A stretch of DNA of 64,000 bases from the NCBI GenBank assembly GCA_000004985.1, contig GG738922.1; one strand, written 5' to 3'. Of this stretch, positions 11,450 to 22,706 are shown in pieces. The notes under the pieces were generated by a model. The model ran no database searches. It saw only the letters and a list, made by a program, of their open reading frames with translations, and had not been told where the DNA came from. A program made the position numbers and the translations under genes. How positions within the stretch are numbered: the first letter of the stretch is position 1; every line of letters starts with the position of its first letter. This DNA is from Naegleria gruberi. Taxonomy: Eukaryota.

Positions 11450-12214
11450 TTAATTCTTCTTCTTTCTGGTATTGGAAAGTGGATAGAGAGGTTCAGGATA
11501 TTTTGCCAGATAATTCTTGACATATTCATCCAATTCTCCAGCTTTTTTCATTTCCAATAATTCAACAAGAGTATCACCATGACAATGACATGATGCGTCC
11601 ACTTTACACCAACATCCCAAAACTTTTCCATCAAGCTCATCCAAATCTTTCAATAAATCATCTCTTCTCAAGATGTAATCTCTATATTTCTGACAAGCCA
11701 CTTCTGCACTTCCACCACAAGTAGATACAGGATATGGATTTCCCCACTTGGATTGTGGCAAACTCCAACCACCCTTATTCAAAGCTCTTCCAATATAAAC
11801 TTCACAATCCTGAACAACTTTACCATCCTTTCTTTGTAACTTGACTACACTAGTTGTTCTTTTCAAAGATAAAGGTGTTAGTGAGGATGATACTTTTGGA
11901 GTGCTTGTTGAAATTTCTCCCAAAGTTGTTGTTGTTATTGTTTGTAATGCTGGTTTCTGAGCAAAGAACTTGGATTTCTTCACTTGTTGTTGTTGAGTAG
12001 TCTTACCAGATGATGATGATGATTCCGATTCGGAGGTAGCAGTAGATTTAAATGGTCGCTTTTGATTTGCTGATTTTACATTATTTTGCTTCTGTTGTTG
12101 CTGAGAAGTTGTACTTGATGAAGAGGAAGTAGATGATGATGATGAACTTTGATTGGCAGAAGTAGTACCAGCAGCAGGAACCGAAAAGAAATTAAAGGAT
12201 CGTTGTTGAGACAT
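11450..12214 (-). CDS. protein with S/T/Q-rich N-terminus and C-terminal DUF4326-like domain (GNP ... CWC..CHCHGD motifs)
   Basis: 254-aa single ORF. The C-terminal ~110 aa read DCEVYIGRALNKGGWSLPQSKWGNPYPV...ACQKYRDYIL...GKVLGCWCKVDASCHCHGDTLVELL. This matches my recollection of the DUF4326 (Pfam PF14216) signature of an invariant GNP motif plus a CxC..CH.D cluster, a family known mostly from bacteria and phages. Family membership needs an HMM search to confirm. Confidence 0.7.
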   Translation of the reverse strand: MSQQRSFNFFSVPAAGTTSANQSSSSSSTSSSSSTTSQQQQKQNNVKSANQKRPFKSTATSESESSSSSGKTTQQQQVKKSKFFAQKPALQTITTTTLGEISTSTPKVSSSLTPLSLKRTTSVVKLQRKDGKVVQDCEVYIGRALNKGGWSLPQSKWGNPYPVSTCGGSAEVACQKYRDYILRRDDLLKDLDELDGKVLGCWCKVDASCHCHGDTLVELLEMKKAGELDEYVKNYLAKYPEPLYPLSNTRKKKN

Positions 12215-12450
12215 TTTTTGAAGATTGTTTTTTAATATCTACACAAGTTCACATCTGAAATAGTTGGTGAGAAGAGAGGTAAACTTTGAAATTGAAATGT
12301 CATAATCTTAATGACTCAACTTCTAATAAGATCTAGAGACTGCATGAATACATGGTCGTAGAATCATAGGGAAAGATAGGCCATGTAGAACTATTAAGGA
12401 CAGACAGATTGTTATTATGTTGAGCAGCTGAATTTTTAATAAATAATTTA

Positions 12451-12941
12451 TTAATATTGTTGTTGAACAGTGGTAGTTTGAACTGTTTGTTGAACGTATG
12501 CTTGTGGAGGAACATACCCAACAATAGGTTGTTGAACAATGACTGGTTGTTGGACATAGACAGGTTGTTGGGCCATAACTGGTTGAGCAGTGGTGGTAAT
12601 GACAACTTGCTTTTGATTGTTATATTTGAGATTGCAACCATCAACCATACCAGGAATCAGAACTGTTTAAATATTAATAGTAAAATTATGAATATTGTTC
12701 ATATAACTATTGAATAGTATTAATTTACTTACTAAGATCGACCAATTGGCCAATACCGAACAAACCTCCAGTAACCAACCAGACAATACCCAAGATAAAG
12801 GAGTCCAAATAGAAACGATGCAATCCAAACAATCCAATACAACAACCTAACCAAAGAAGATACGCCTATATTCATCAAGTTATCCATACACCCCATCATC
12901 ATCATCATCATCATCATTGTATCAGTAAAACACAAGCACAA
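12451..12941 (-). CDS. two small adjacent ORFs: a poly-Met plus hydrophobic ORF and a P/Q/V-rich ORF (hypothetical; exon linkage unresolved)
   Basis: Upstream ORF 12732..12941 contains (ATG)8 followed by a W/L/Y-rich transmembrane segment. A GTAAGT at its end and a TTAAACAG acceptor precede ORF 12451..12648, which encodes repeated QQPV(Y/I)V motifs. The phases do not match (phase 2 versus phase 1), so I could not build a clean spliced model. Confidence 0.25.
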
Positions 12942-13435
12942 TCATCACAAATTCATTCATAACCATGGTCAACACCTTAAACCTTCCTTAATTTGCACTC
13001 AATAACTTACAACACCTTGTTCTCTCATTTTTTTAATCGATCTGCACTCTATGGTTGTGTTGCAAACAGCCATGACTGTAAAGTCTCCCTTACAGAGTCA
13101 CATTGTTGCTTGGAGAGCTTTTTTAACGGTTTGGATTGTTGGCGCCACCACAACTGTTTCTGTTGGTGGTTCATTGCATGGATTTGAGGCAAGTCCATAT
13201 ACAGTAGAGGGAGGAGTTTACAATGAAAAGTTTGTTGAATAAAGTTAAGGATGTCTTTATTTGAATGTGTCCATACTTGATCCAAGAATGGAATTAAATA
13301 GAGGTAAGAAAAGTTGATTGGTTTACAAATTTTAGCATCTGAGCAAGTGCTGAGGAATTTTTCATTTGAATATAAACTCAAAAGATGATGTTTATTGACT
13401 CAATAATCTCTGCCAAATTCCTCACACTATTTAAA

Positions 13436-13921
13436 TTATGGATTGACAATGAAAATTTCACCCATTACTTCCTTCAATTCATTTACACGCGTTTCACCAA
13501 GTCTACTTCTTGAATACTCACACTGATTCACAATCTCTATTGTATCTTTTAATTGATCCAAATTGGCGTGTAACAAATAGGTAATACATGATTCAATCTT
13601 ATCTAATGAATAGGTGCTACTTGGTGAAGGTGTTTTACCCTTGAAAATCAAGCTCAATATGTCGTGAGCAATGTCTTTGATCTTTTTAGATCGATGAAGG
13701 ATAGAGCTTTGTCTCTGAGTTAATTGTTGTTTTGAAGATAGTGCAACGGAAGAGGATTGAGTACTTTGAATGAGAGAAGACAATTCAGAATACAATTCTC
13801 TTAAAGCAGCCAAACATGGATTATGAGAGTTTGGATTATTGTTTATAATTAGTGGTTCAACATATTCTCTGCTTCTTGAAAGAATGTTGGAATCAACAGA
13901 GTCTTGTTTAGTTTCTACCAT
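13436..13921 (-). CDS. hypothetical protein (161 aa)
   Basis: ATG-initiated ORF with moderately complex composition and no recognisable motif. Confidence 0.45.
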   Translation of the reverse strand: MVETKQDSVDSNILSRSREYVEPLIINNNPNSHNPCLAALRELYSELSSLIQSTQSSSVALSSKQQLTQRQSSILHRSKKIKDIAHDILSLIFKGKTPSPSSTYSLDKIESCITYLLHANLDQLKDTIEIVNQCEYSRSRLGETRVNELKEVMGEIFIVNP

Positions 13922-14100
13922 GTTTTTATTATTTATAACAGTGGTAATGGTAATTTTTTAAATGTGAATAGAACCATTATATATGAATGTAATAGTCAAT
14001 TTTCTAAAAATGGCAATCTTCCATTGTTGAACTTCCTTCTGTTAGAGATTAGCGGAAAGCAATACAATAGTACAAAACGGTAACTAGATTATGAATTGTT

Positions 14101-17100
14101 TTATTTCAATTCCACTTCAGCCTTTTTCTGTTTAAACGATAATACTCCAATGAAATAAGCATGATTAAGAGGCGCACATTTAAGTTCATTTCTCACAGCA
14201 GAACATCCTGGATAAATGTATAATTTTCCTTGATATTTGCTATTGTCTATCTTGACATAAAAGACTTTCTTCTTATCTGCCAATACACGAGCAGCCTTGT
14301 CAATTTTAGAGTTCAATGTATTGGCTCCAAAAGGATCAGTCTTGTTATATATATTGAATACAACTCCTTTCATTTCGAAATCCCAATCAGCCATACCTTT
14401 GATGACAAGGTTGCTATCAAATACACCTCTAAAAGATTTCTCTGTCAAACCCTCTATTGTAATATTTTCAAAATCGTATGATTTCCCATCAGATATGTGC
14501 ACTATTTCTGCGTAAGGTAAATGGTTTGAAGTGGAATCAGAAGAATCAGCAGAGAGAGGGGAATTTTGAGGAATTGGTTCGGTCTTTACAGTATTGTTCA
14601 CTGTGTGGCCTCCTAATCTTCTTTCACTTCTGTATGTTTCTGGGATGGTAGAATAGGATGCAGGAGAAGGGTTATCCAATCTAGGAGTGTATCTTCCGTC
14701 ATTATATCTACTATTGTTGCTTGAGCCTCTATAACTGTCAGTACGATCTGACCTACTGCTACTACCAGAATAACGAGAATAACTTCCACGATCATCATAC
14801 CCACCTCTTCCATATGAGCTATGATATGGAGACTTTGAGTCTCCATAATCTCTTGGTGAGGGTCTGTAGGAGCTGTGTGAAGTGTAAGGTGATCTGGAGT
14901 CTCTAGATTCTCTTGGTGAAGATCTATATGATGAAGATGGTGAAGGCTTTGAGGTTGCATAATTAGATTCACTTGGAGAACGAGGAGCTGTGTACGATGA
15001 TCCGCTATATCTGTTTGAGTTTCTATTCATTTCACTTGGAGAACGAGGGGCTGTATATGATTGCTTGGAAGATACATAGCTCGATGAAGATCTGTTTGAA
15101 GAATTATTGGATGAATTGAAATTGGACCCCATTTCACTTGGAGAAAGTGGTGCAACATAGACAGATGAGGAGGGTTTTTGTGTATTGTAACTGTTAAATC
15201 TAGTTGAACTTGTATGTGTATTACCACTACTGCTAAATCTAGTTGAGCTTGCATTCATTTCACTAGGGGAATGAGGAGCTGTATATGAAGATCCACTGTA
15301 TCTAGTGGTTGAATTGCTTGGAGTTGAATTGGTTATTTCANNNNNNNNNNNNNNNNNNNNNNNNNNNNNNNNNNNNNNNNNNNNNNNNNNNNNNNNNNNN
15401 NNNNNNNNNNNNNNNNNNNNNNNNNNNNNNNNNNNNNNNNNNNNNNNNNNNNNNNNNNNNNNNNNNNNNNNNNNNNNNNNNNNNNNNNNNNNNNNNNNNN
15501 NNNNNNNNNNNNNNNNNNNNNNNNNNNNNNNNNNNNNNNNNNNNNNNNNNNNNNNNNNNNNNNNNNNNNNNNNNNNNNNNNNNNNNNNNNNNNNNNNNNN
15601 NNNNNNNNNNNNNNNNNNNGTTTCAGCTGTTGGTCTATTTGAAGGAGAAACTGGTGGAACCTGAGTATTGCCAGTGTTACCATCACTACTAGAAATGTAT
15701 TCTGTGGAACTAACATTTTGATGTTTTTTCTTATTCTTAGGTTCTTCGAGAGGAACTTCAGATGGATCAATACCTTTTGAGGATAAGAATTTGTTTCTAT
15801 TCTCTAAATATCGTTGCTCCCTATCTTGTTGTGATTTCGTATGTTGCTGCATGAAGGCTGCAATTCCTCCTCCTCCGCCTCTTGATGTGGGAGTAGTTGT
15901 GGAGCTTGGTTTGGTTTCAGTTGTTTTGGTGGATACTGTGGGAGAAACAGTTGTAGCACTAGGTACAATATTTGGTGTTCTTTCCTCCTTGGTTGACTGT
16001 TTAGCTAAAAAACGTTGTTTATCCTCTTCGAACTTGTTCTCCTTATCTTCTTTTGCTTTGGTGTGTTGTTGCATGAAGGCTGCAATTCCTCCTCCTCCAC
16101 CTCTTGATGTGGGAGTAGTTGTGGAACTTGGTTTAGTTTCATTAAGGGGCGAAATATTCTTAAAGGCACGAAAATTGGAGCCCGATTCACTCGGAGAAAG
16201 TGGTGCAACATAGGTCGAGATTTTTTGTGTATTGTCACTGTTAAATCTAGTTGAAATTGCATTCATTTCACTTGGAGAGCGAGGAGCTGTATATGAAGAT
16301 CCACTGTATTTAGTGGCTGAATTGCTTGAAGTTGAACTGGTTGTTTCACTTGGAGAACGTGGTACAACATACGAAGATGATGAAGATTGTGCACTGTTAA
16401 ATATTTTTGAAGTTGTGTCTATTTGACTTGGAGGGGATACGTTCCTAAAATTGGCAGATGGAGTATTTTCTGATGGAGATCTTGGTGCTGTATATGAAGA
16501 TGAACTAGAGGGTACATTGATGGTATTAAATCTATTCTGAGTGAAACTGCTCGACGAATTGGTACCACTATTTGAAATTGGTGGATTAAATATTTCATTA
16601 TTTCTAATTGTGGTATGTGGAGATGATTTTCTGGCTTCACTTGGAGAAATTGGAGCTACAAAGGGAGTATTGGATCTAAAGCTAGTTGGCTTTGATCCCA
16701 TTTCAGTTGGGGAGCGTGGAGGGATGTATTGCTGATTATTAACAACTGGTCCTTGAGTATCTACAATATTATGGGCTGAGGCAACTGTTTTACCAACCTC
16801 ACTTGGAGAAATAGGAGCTGTAAATAAAGGGGTGGTGTGTGTTGGTGGATTAGTAATGGTGCCTTGGCTGAATTGTGTTAAATATCGGGGATCCCTTAAT
16901 CTAGGATCGCTAGGGAATGTATTTAATCTTGGGTCAACTGGTACAAATGTAGAACTTCCTGGTGGCAACTTGAACTGTGGTGAGGTGGTTTGAGTTATTG
17001 GATTAGTTACTAAGGAAGAGCCAATAGTGGTTGATGTATTAGAAACTCCATTGTTGACACCAGTAGTAAATGCGTTATTACCAAAGGAAGAATTGATTGT

Positions 17101-18066
17101 TGAAGAATTAGAAGGAGGCAAACTCATTGATGAATTGGTTGGAGTTGGGTTTGAGGTTGGAGGAATTTGTTGACCATTGATAGAGTTTGGTGGAATTTTA
17201 ACTGCTTCCACAGCATTTGATCTATTAAGCCTTGGAATACTGATTGTAGATAAGGGTCTTTGTTCTGCAGGTTGATCACTTTGTGTCTTTGCTGCTGTAA
17301 CAATGTTCCTCTTTGGAATTTTGAAAGGAGGCTGTTTCACACTACCAACCTCTGTTTGTGGCTTTTTCTTAACCTTAGAAAGAGGATTGGAATCTTCCTT
17401 TGGAATATTTACAAGATTAGGCTGCTGTGAAGAGCTACCAGTAGTTGTGTCTGTCTTTGTCAACTTGATCTTTTTTGAATCTTGATTTTCTTCTTCCGAA
17501 GTAGAGTCCTCATCATCCATTACAAGCTTTTTACGTTTCTTTACCTCTGAATTAGCCTTCTTCTTGGATTCTTTTACTTCCTTCTTTTTAGTTTCCTTCC
17601 TTGTTTCCTTTTGTTTTGCATTTTGTTTTTTCCTCTGTGGCTCCTTTTTAGATGATGAAGAAGAAGAAGCTTGTGGTTGATGATGTTGAGGAAATTTGGG
17701 ACTAACATTGTCTGTACTACTACTTCCGATATCGTCTGTGGATGACCTTTCGGGACTTGACAATGGAGAATCACTAGTTGTACTTTCCTGTTCCGATTTA
17801 ATTGAGTTGATGCAGGTTGCAATTTCAGACTGCCTTGCTTCAAACTCTTCCACAATAGTCATCACACCATTTAGTGTTACATTTTCATAGGATTCCCACG
17901 TACAATCATCGAATGGATAGTTGGCCCATTTGACGAGATAAAGTGGTTTACCTCTCTCGTAACGTTTTGCTAGAATAAATTCCGCATCATAGATGCATTC
18001 ATCTTCTTCTACCATTTTACACAAAATTCTGTGGTCAATTTTGATGTACGGAAGCCTATTTGTCAA
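14101..18066 (-). CDS. chromodomain protein with long S/T/P-rich repeat region (Y-x-APRSPSE motif repeats) and a C-terminal globular domain; CDS interrupted by an assembly gap
   Basis: The N-terminus YDAEFILAKRYERGKPLYLVKWANYPFDDCTWESYENV is a canonical chromodomain. The middle part is a basic KKE-rich stretch followed by at least 12 copies of SYTAPRSPSE / YVAPLSPSE-type motifs. A duplicated block KPSSTTTPTSRGGGGGIAAFMQQHTK sits near the 280-N gap at 15340-15619. The C-terminal ~140 aa (ADWDFEMKGVVFNIY...LYIYPGCSAVRNEL) form a non-repetitive domain I could not identify. Confidence 0.8.
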   Translation of the reverse strand: MTNRLPYIKIDHRILCKMVEEDECIYDAEFILAKRYERGKPLYLVKWANYPFDDCTWESYENVTLNGVMTIVEEFEARQSEIATCINSIKSEQESTTSDSPLSSPERSSTDDIGSSSTDNVSPKFPQHHQPQASSSSSSKKEPQRKKQNAKQKETRKETKKKEVKESKKKANSEVKKRKKLVMDDEDSTSEEENQDSKKIKLTKTDTTTGSSSQQPNLVNIPKEDSNPLSKVKKKPQTEVGSVKQPPFKIPKRNIVTAAKTQSDQPAEQRPLSTISIPRLNRSNAVEAVKIPPNSINGQQIPPTSNPTPTNSSMSLPPSNSSTINSSFGNNAFTTGVNNGVSNTSTTIGSSLVTNPITQTTSPQFKLPPGSSTFVPVDPRLNTFPSDPRLRDPRYLTQFSQGTITNPPTHTTPLFTAPISPSEVGKTVASAHNIVDTQGPVVNNQQYIPPRSPTEMGSKPTSFRSNTPFVAPISPSEARKSSPHTTIRNNEIFNPPISNSGTNSSSSFTQNRFNTINVPSSSSSYTAPRSPSENTPSANFRNVSPPSQIDTTSKIFNSAQSSSSSYVVPRSPSETTSSTSSNSATKYSGSSYTAPRSPSEMNAISTRFNSDNTQKISTYVAPLSPSESGSNFRAFKNISPLNETKPSSTTTPTSRGGGGGIAAFMQQHTKAKEDKENKFEEDKQRFLAKQSTKEERTPNIVPSATTVSPTVSTKTTETKPSSTTTPTSRGGGGGIAAFMQQHTKSQQDREQRYLENRNKFLSSKGIDPSEVPLEEPKNKKKHQNVSSTEYISSSDGNTGNTQVPPVSPSNRPTAEXXXXXXXXXXXXXXXXXXXXXXXXXXXXXXXXXXXXXXXXXXXXXXXXXXXXXXXXXXXXXXXXXXXXXXXXXXXXXXXXXXXXXXXXXXXXXXEITNSTPSNSTTRYSGSSYTAPHSPSEMNASSTRFSSSGNTHTSSTRFNSYNTQKPSSSVYVAPLSPSEMGSNFNSSNNSSNRSSSSYVSSKQSYTAPRSPSEMNRNSNRYSGSSYTAPRSPSESNYATSKPSPSSSYRSSPRESRDSRSPYTSHSSYRPSPRDYGDSKSPYHSSYGRGGYDDRGSYSRYSGSSSRSDRTDSYRGSSNNSRYNDGRYTPRLDNPSPASYSTIPETYRSERRLGGHTVNNTVKTEPIPQNSPLSADSSDSTSNHLPYAEIVHISDGKSYDFENITIEGLTEKSFRGVFDSNLVIKGMADWDFEMKGVVFNIYNKTDPFGANTLNSKIDKAARVLADKKKVFYVKIDNSKYQGKLYIYPGCSAVRNELKCAPLNHAYFIGVLSFKQKKAEVELK
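15340..15619. other. assembly gap (280 N) inside chromodomain gene repeat region
   Basis: Run of N. Confidence 0.95.
15843..16155. repeat. intragenic tandem duplication (~78-bp unit repeated ~235 bp apart) inside the chromodomain gene
   Basis: The stretch gttgctgcatgaaggctgcaattcctcctcctcc.cctcttgatgtgggagtagttgtgga.cttggttt occurs at about 15843-15920 and again at about 16078-16155. It encodes the duplicated peptide block and lies adjacent to the N gap, so the repeat array is probably collapsed in the assembly. Confidence 0.6.
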
Positions 18067-18305
18067 AGCCTAAAATTTTGGTGGTTTGAAGTGTGAAACG
18101 GTTATGAGGTGAGTTTGTTTTTTTTAAAATTTTCAAGCCTTTGAAAAACCGCGCCAAAGTCTCTATAAAGCCCATTACTTTGTTCAACACATAAAGCCAG
18201 GCTTTGAGAAAAATCGAAGGCTTTTATTATCAATGTCTAAATGATTTGATTGGTTTTTGAAATCAGTTTACAAGATAAAAGTTACCATTTTGAAACAAGT
18301 AACAT

Positions 18306-20885
18306 TTATCTCAATGTCATCATGTCATTGCTTAGGGTATGAGTTGTTTGATTTGAAAAGAATCGACCAAATTGCTTTGATCCAAACGAAGAAGATTGAC
18401 TGCCAGAGTGTAGAATGTCTGAAGCACTCGAAAAGATCTTCCAGAAACGTAATGTCTGATCACCAGCTGCTGAAACTACAGAGCTTCCATCTGGAGATTG
18501 AGCCAAATGCAATACTCTGCTTGTGTGACCAGTGAGCTCAGCAACCTTTCTCAAACTTGGATACTTCCATACAATCAATTGATTCTGAGAGAAACCATGA
18601 GAGGAAACAAGTTCCTTATCATACTTGGACCACAATAAACTACACACTTGAGATTTAGTATCCACAGAGTTCAAAAGAGCACCATTAGAAGTATTCCAAA
18701 AGTGAATCTTTCTATCGGCTGTACCACCTCCAGAGGCCAACAAATTGCTCTGCCATGGACACCAAGCAAGAGCCTTAACTGCTGCAGTATGTTCATTGAA
18801 TGTGAATAGAGCAGGCGAGAAGCTAGCACTACTAGCATCCCAAATATGAAGAGTATTGTCGTTACCACCTGAGGCCAATTGAGATCCATCTGGAGACCAC
18901 TTTAAGCCACAAACTTCCTGGTTGTGACCTGAATAGACAGAAACAACTTGACTTGGATATTGAGGAATGGTTTCATGTTGATGAAGGAACATGCCATGGC
19001 TATTAGAATGAATAGCACCTGGACCTATTCTTACATCGTGATTTAAAATCTTTCCATCTCTAGATCCAGATGAAAGAATAGATTGACAACGAGGATTCCA
19101 TGAAAGGGAACCAACTCTTGCCTGATGACCAATCATTCTTCTTACCATGGTCTTTCTCTCGACGTTCCAAATCTCAATAGTGCAATTGTTTGTTCCTACA
19201 GCAATGTGATGACCATCAATAGTCCAGGCAACACTGGTAACCGTATTATCTGTTTCTTCTTCCTCATTGTCATTCGTTTCCATGAGCTTGGTAATATTTC
19301 CATTGTTTGCATCCCACAAATAGACAGTATCAAAGAGGGATACTGCCAATAAATTTTGTGAGCTCCAATCCAATAAATTTAAATAAAAATCATCAACCAA
19401 TTTTGGTGCATCGAGTATTCTCTCTGGAATTGCAGAAATAGATCTGTGTCGTGAGTTGGAACTGCTTCCTCCTTGGAGCAGTTGTCTCTTTTCCATTTCT
19501 GTCATTTGAGAGAATTGCTTGTTGCAGGAAAATACTGCTTGGAGCTTGTTTTGAATATTGGTATCAGCACTGGTTGGTGTTTGGCTACTTCTCTTTGGAG
19601 AGAATGGTACATTCACAGCATTACCTCTTCTGATATTTTCCTGATTGTCAAATATGGAATCACTCACACAATCTGCCGAGTCAGCTCCCCTGGTGCTAAA
19701 ATCAAAGAAGAGATCCTGATCATCAGGATAGGATGTATGAATGTTGGAATTGGTTGGTTTGAATTTGAAAATCTTCTTTTCAGAAATCTTGGAATCCAAC
19801 AATCTACTTTCCAAACAAGACTCGAATTGATATGGCATATTCATTTGTGAGCTGGTGGATGAACCTTGCTGACCACTGCTTGGAGATCCTGGTGTATTGG
19901 CATTTCCATCATTAGATGTAAACATTAAATGTTTGGCAATTTCCATTTCAGATTGGGTGCATCTTTGAGGTATAAATCTGTCAGCATGTAGAGATGGGGA
20001 ATTTAGAATGACATCAAAGTTTCTTCTCTTCGAAGCAGGAGACATATTCCATCCAGCACTAATGTCTGTATTCTTCTTAGGTGAGGTCATATTGGTTGGT
20101 GTGAAGGTTTTTGGAGTTAGAATAGATTCTGATAAAATTGCAGATGGATCAAACACTTCACCACAACTACTCGAAAAATTATCTTGCAAATCGTTTGAAC
20201 AAGTGTTAACACTATTAGTTTCCCCAGCTAAACTTGAAAAATCCAATCGTTTCACAACTGATGGCTTACGATCACCAAAAGGTGCCACCACTTTCTTAGT
20301 TGTCTTATTGCAAGAGGTTAAACAATTTCTATCATTGACAAGCTGAGCACCAAGTTGAATCTTGAGCCCATTTCCAGGTTGAGGAATGTGTTGTTGAAGA
20401 GGAGCTTGCTTGAGTGGTGAGAGGGCAGAGTGAGGATGAATTCGTTTCTTATTATTTGGTGAGAGGGGATTATTTTGGAGGTGTAAATTTACATTATTAT
20501 TGTGCAGAGATAGCCCATTGCCTCTACCTTTCACTGGAACATTAGTTACTAAATGACTTGGAGCAGTTCTTGGACATGTTGGACTCTCTGGTTTGTTATG
20601 TCTTGGTGTTTGTACAAGGTTTTGAGCATTAGGTGGCATTGATTGACCACTAAAAGGAAGAGAAGAGAATTGATTATTATTATTGGATCTAGGTGAGGTA
20701 AACAGCAAGGAATCGGTCATGTTACTTGTAGAGGTTGGTAAAGAGATTTTCAACCCACTATTCAGTACCAATGAATGTCTTTTGCTATTATTATTATTAT
20801 TATTCTGCTTATGTGGGGAAAGATGATCCAACAAGCCTTTCGTTGGAGAGGATGGCAAGGGAGAAGTGAGCAGGAGATTGGACAT
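18306..20885 (-). CDS. Cdh1/Fizzy-related-like APC/C coactivator (Cdc20 family WD40 protein) with long N-terminal extension
   Basis: Contains the C-box DRFIPQR. The WD40 propeller has [29 protein letters not shown] ... [33 protein letters not shown]. The [14 protein letters not shown] signature is closer to Cdh1/Fzr than to Cdc20. The 859-aa single ORF is unusually long for this family. Confidence 0.85.
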   Translation of the reverse strand: MSNLLLTSPLPSSPTKGLLDHLSPHKQNNNNNNSKRHSLVLNSGLKISLPTSTSNMTDSLLFTSPRSNNNNQFSSLPFSGQSMPPNAQNLVQTPRHNKPESPTCPRTAPSHLVTNVPVKGRGNGLSLHNNNVNLHLQNNPLSPNNKKRIHPHSALSPLKQAPLQQHIPQPGNGLKIQLGAQLVNDRNCLTSCNKTTKKVVAPFGDRKPSVVKRLDFSSLAGETNSVNTCSNDLQDNFSSSCGEVFDPSAILSESILTPKTFTPTNMTSPKKNTDISAGWNMSPASKRRNFDVILNSPSLHADRFIPQRCTQSEMEIAKHLMFTSNDGNANTPGSPSSGQQGSSTSSQMNMPYQFESCLESRLLDSKISEKKIFKFKPTNSNIHTSYPDDQDLFFDFSTRGADSADCVSDSIFDNQENIRRGNAVNVPFSPKRSSQTPTSADTNIQNKLQAVFSCNKQFSQMTEMEKRQLLQGGSSSNSRHRSISAIPERILDAPKLVDDFYLNLLDWSSQNLLAVSLFDTVYLWDANNGNITKLMETNDNEEEETDNTVTSVAWTIDGHHIAVGTNNCTIEIWNVERKTMVRRMIGHQARVGSLSWNPRCQSILSSGSRDGKILNHDVRIGPGAIHSNSHGMFLHQHETIPQYPSQVVSVYSGHNQEVCGLKWSPDGSQLASGGNDNTLHIWDASSASFSPALFTFNEHTAAVKALAWCPWQSNLLASGGGTADRKIHFWNTSNGALLNSVDTKSQVCSLLWSKYDKELVSSHGFSQNQLIVWKYPSLRKVAELTGHTSRVLHLAQSPDGSSVVSAAGDQTLRFWKIFSSASDILHSGSQSSSFGSKQFGRFFSNQTTHTLSNDMMTLR

Positions 20886-21657
20886 TCTTAAATTTCTATA
20901 TTTCGTTGGAATTTAAATAATTATTATTATTAATAGTATTGGTATTAATTATTATTAAAAAGTGGATTGGTTATAGATGATGTTAGTTTGATGAGATAAT
21001 AAATTAATTGATATTTGTTGTATTCTTCTTCCTCTATGAAAAGTTTTGTAAATTTGAATACACAATGAAGAAATATAAATGTTCCTAAATGATGCAATGC
21101 CTACCACGTGATGAGATAGCAAGGAGTGTATTCTTCTTCTTGTGGTGGATGGAGGTAACGGACAAGATAGAGAAGGGTAGTGTTGTTGATGTGGAGGCAA
21201 TTCTTTTGAAAAATTAAATGTAACGGTCAGTTTTTAAATTTTTAAAAACATCAACAACTACTGATGGCGCACTCATCAACAGAAGAAAAAACTCTAATTG
21301 AAGTGTAGCATCATAATCTCAGAAGATGAATATGAGCATCAGTCACTCTCACTCGATGGATTGTGCCTAAACTTGAGCTGTACATCATCATCGACAAGAA
21401 TAGCTTCTCTCCAATCGTTCGTTTAATAGATAAACAGCAGAGATTGTATTCCGAATATTTTGAAAGCCTACAAGCTTTTAACCAACAATTTATAATCCAT
21501 CAATCATTATACTTATTTAATAGTAATTATTGCATGTTCCTTCTTCAACACATATTAATTTTCTAATTCTAATTTAAATTAGATTTTGAAATTTATTGTC
21601 CACCACTTGATGATAATAGGATGAACTACAACAACAATAGAAACAAATCAAAAAAAG

Positions 21658-22627
21658 ATGTTACAAGATAATACAAATGATCATGAAGCAAAATCATCAT
21701 CCAACAATAATAATAATAAGGAATTATACACGGGAGAGTTTGAGAGAATGACCGAACACATTTATCGATTTACCTTTCCCTTTGCATTTGCCAAGTTGAT
21801 GCCAACCTACACAGTGCCAACTTCATGTTTTCTCGTATATGATCCGAATCAGAGTAGATATACATTGATTGATGTTGGTCCGGAGAGTGTGAATACTTTG
21901 GTTGTGAATGCTTTGTGTAAATTCTTTGATAGGGACTTTGAAATATCAAAGAAGAAAATTGATAAGGAACAGGCAGTCAAGGCATTGAAGGAAATTGACC
22001 ATGTTTGCTTAACACATTTTCACAATGATCATTGTGGAGGTCTGAGAAGTTTATATGAATTGTCTAATAATGAACTGAAGGTGTTTATTCATGAAAAGGA
22101 GGTGGATTATGTGAAAGATGGGAAAAAGTTTAAGGAACAAGCTTCAGAAAATTCTCTCTTTTCATTTACCAAGTACTTTTTTAAGAATCCTAAATTGGAA
22201 GTTCCTTGTAGCCCATTTGAGGGTGTTATGAATGCATACAGGACTAGCGAACAGCCATTGAGTGAAGATAGCAATTCTGAATCAAAGCATTGTTTGTGCT
22301 ATTGCCATTGTCCTGGTCATACTGAAGGTCATTCGTGTTTTTATCATGAGGAAGATAGAGCTCTCATTTGTGGAGGTAAGCTTTCATTTTGAGAAGTATT
22401 CTCTAAATATTTAATCAATAGACATTTTGATGAATATCAAAAGTAAGAATACTGTAAAATTAGAGGGTTCACTTGCTCTCTCCTCTGTTAGCTCTACAAA
22501 ATCAATTGAAAATGGAAAGAAATTAATTGGATCATTATCAGATAAAGTGGATTTGATATTACCAAGTCATGATTATTCAACAACAGGTCACTCTATAGAT
22601 GTGGTTCAAAGCTTTTACAAGTCGTGA
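21658..22627 (+). CDS. metallo-beta-lactamase-fold protein (2 exons)
   Basis: Exon 1 (21658..22375) encodes the metal-binding motif LTHFHNDHCGG and ...CHCPGHTEGHSCFY..ALICGG; donor GTAAGC at 22376. Acceptor TAG ends at 22421. Exon 2 (22422..22627) continues DIL...LILPSHDY in frame, and the G+AC junction restores the conserved Asp. Structure is join(21658..22375,22422..22627). Confidence 0.75.
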
Positions 22628-22706
22628 TGATATTGGATAAGAAAAAAGCATTTTTCTAAATCATAGTATATCAAATATTTTGTAAATAACATTAATTTTA
22701 TGAAAT

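Noticed and set aside
15305-15770. ORFs spanning the 280-N run
   Set aside because: Artefacts of translating N as X across an assembly gap.
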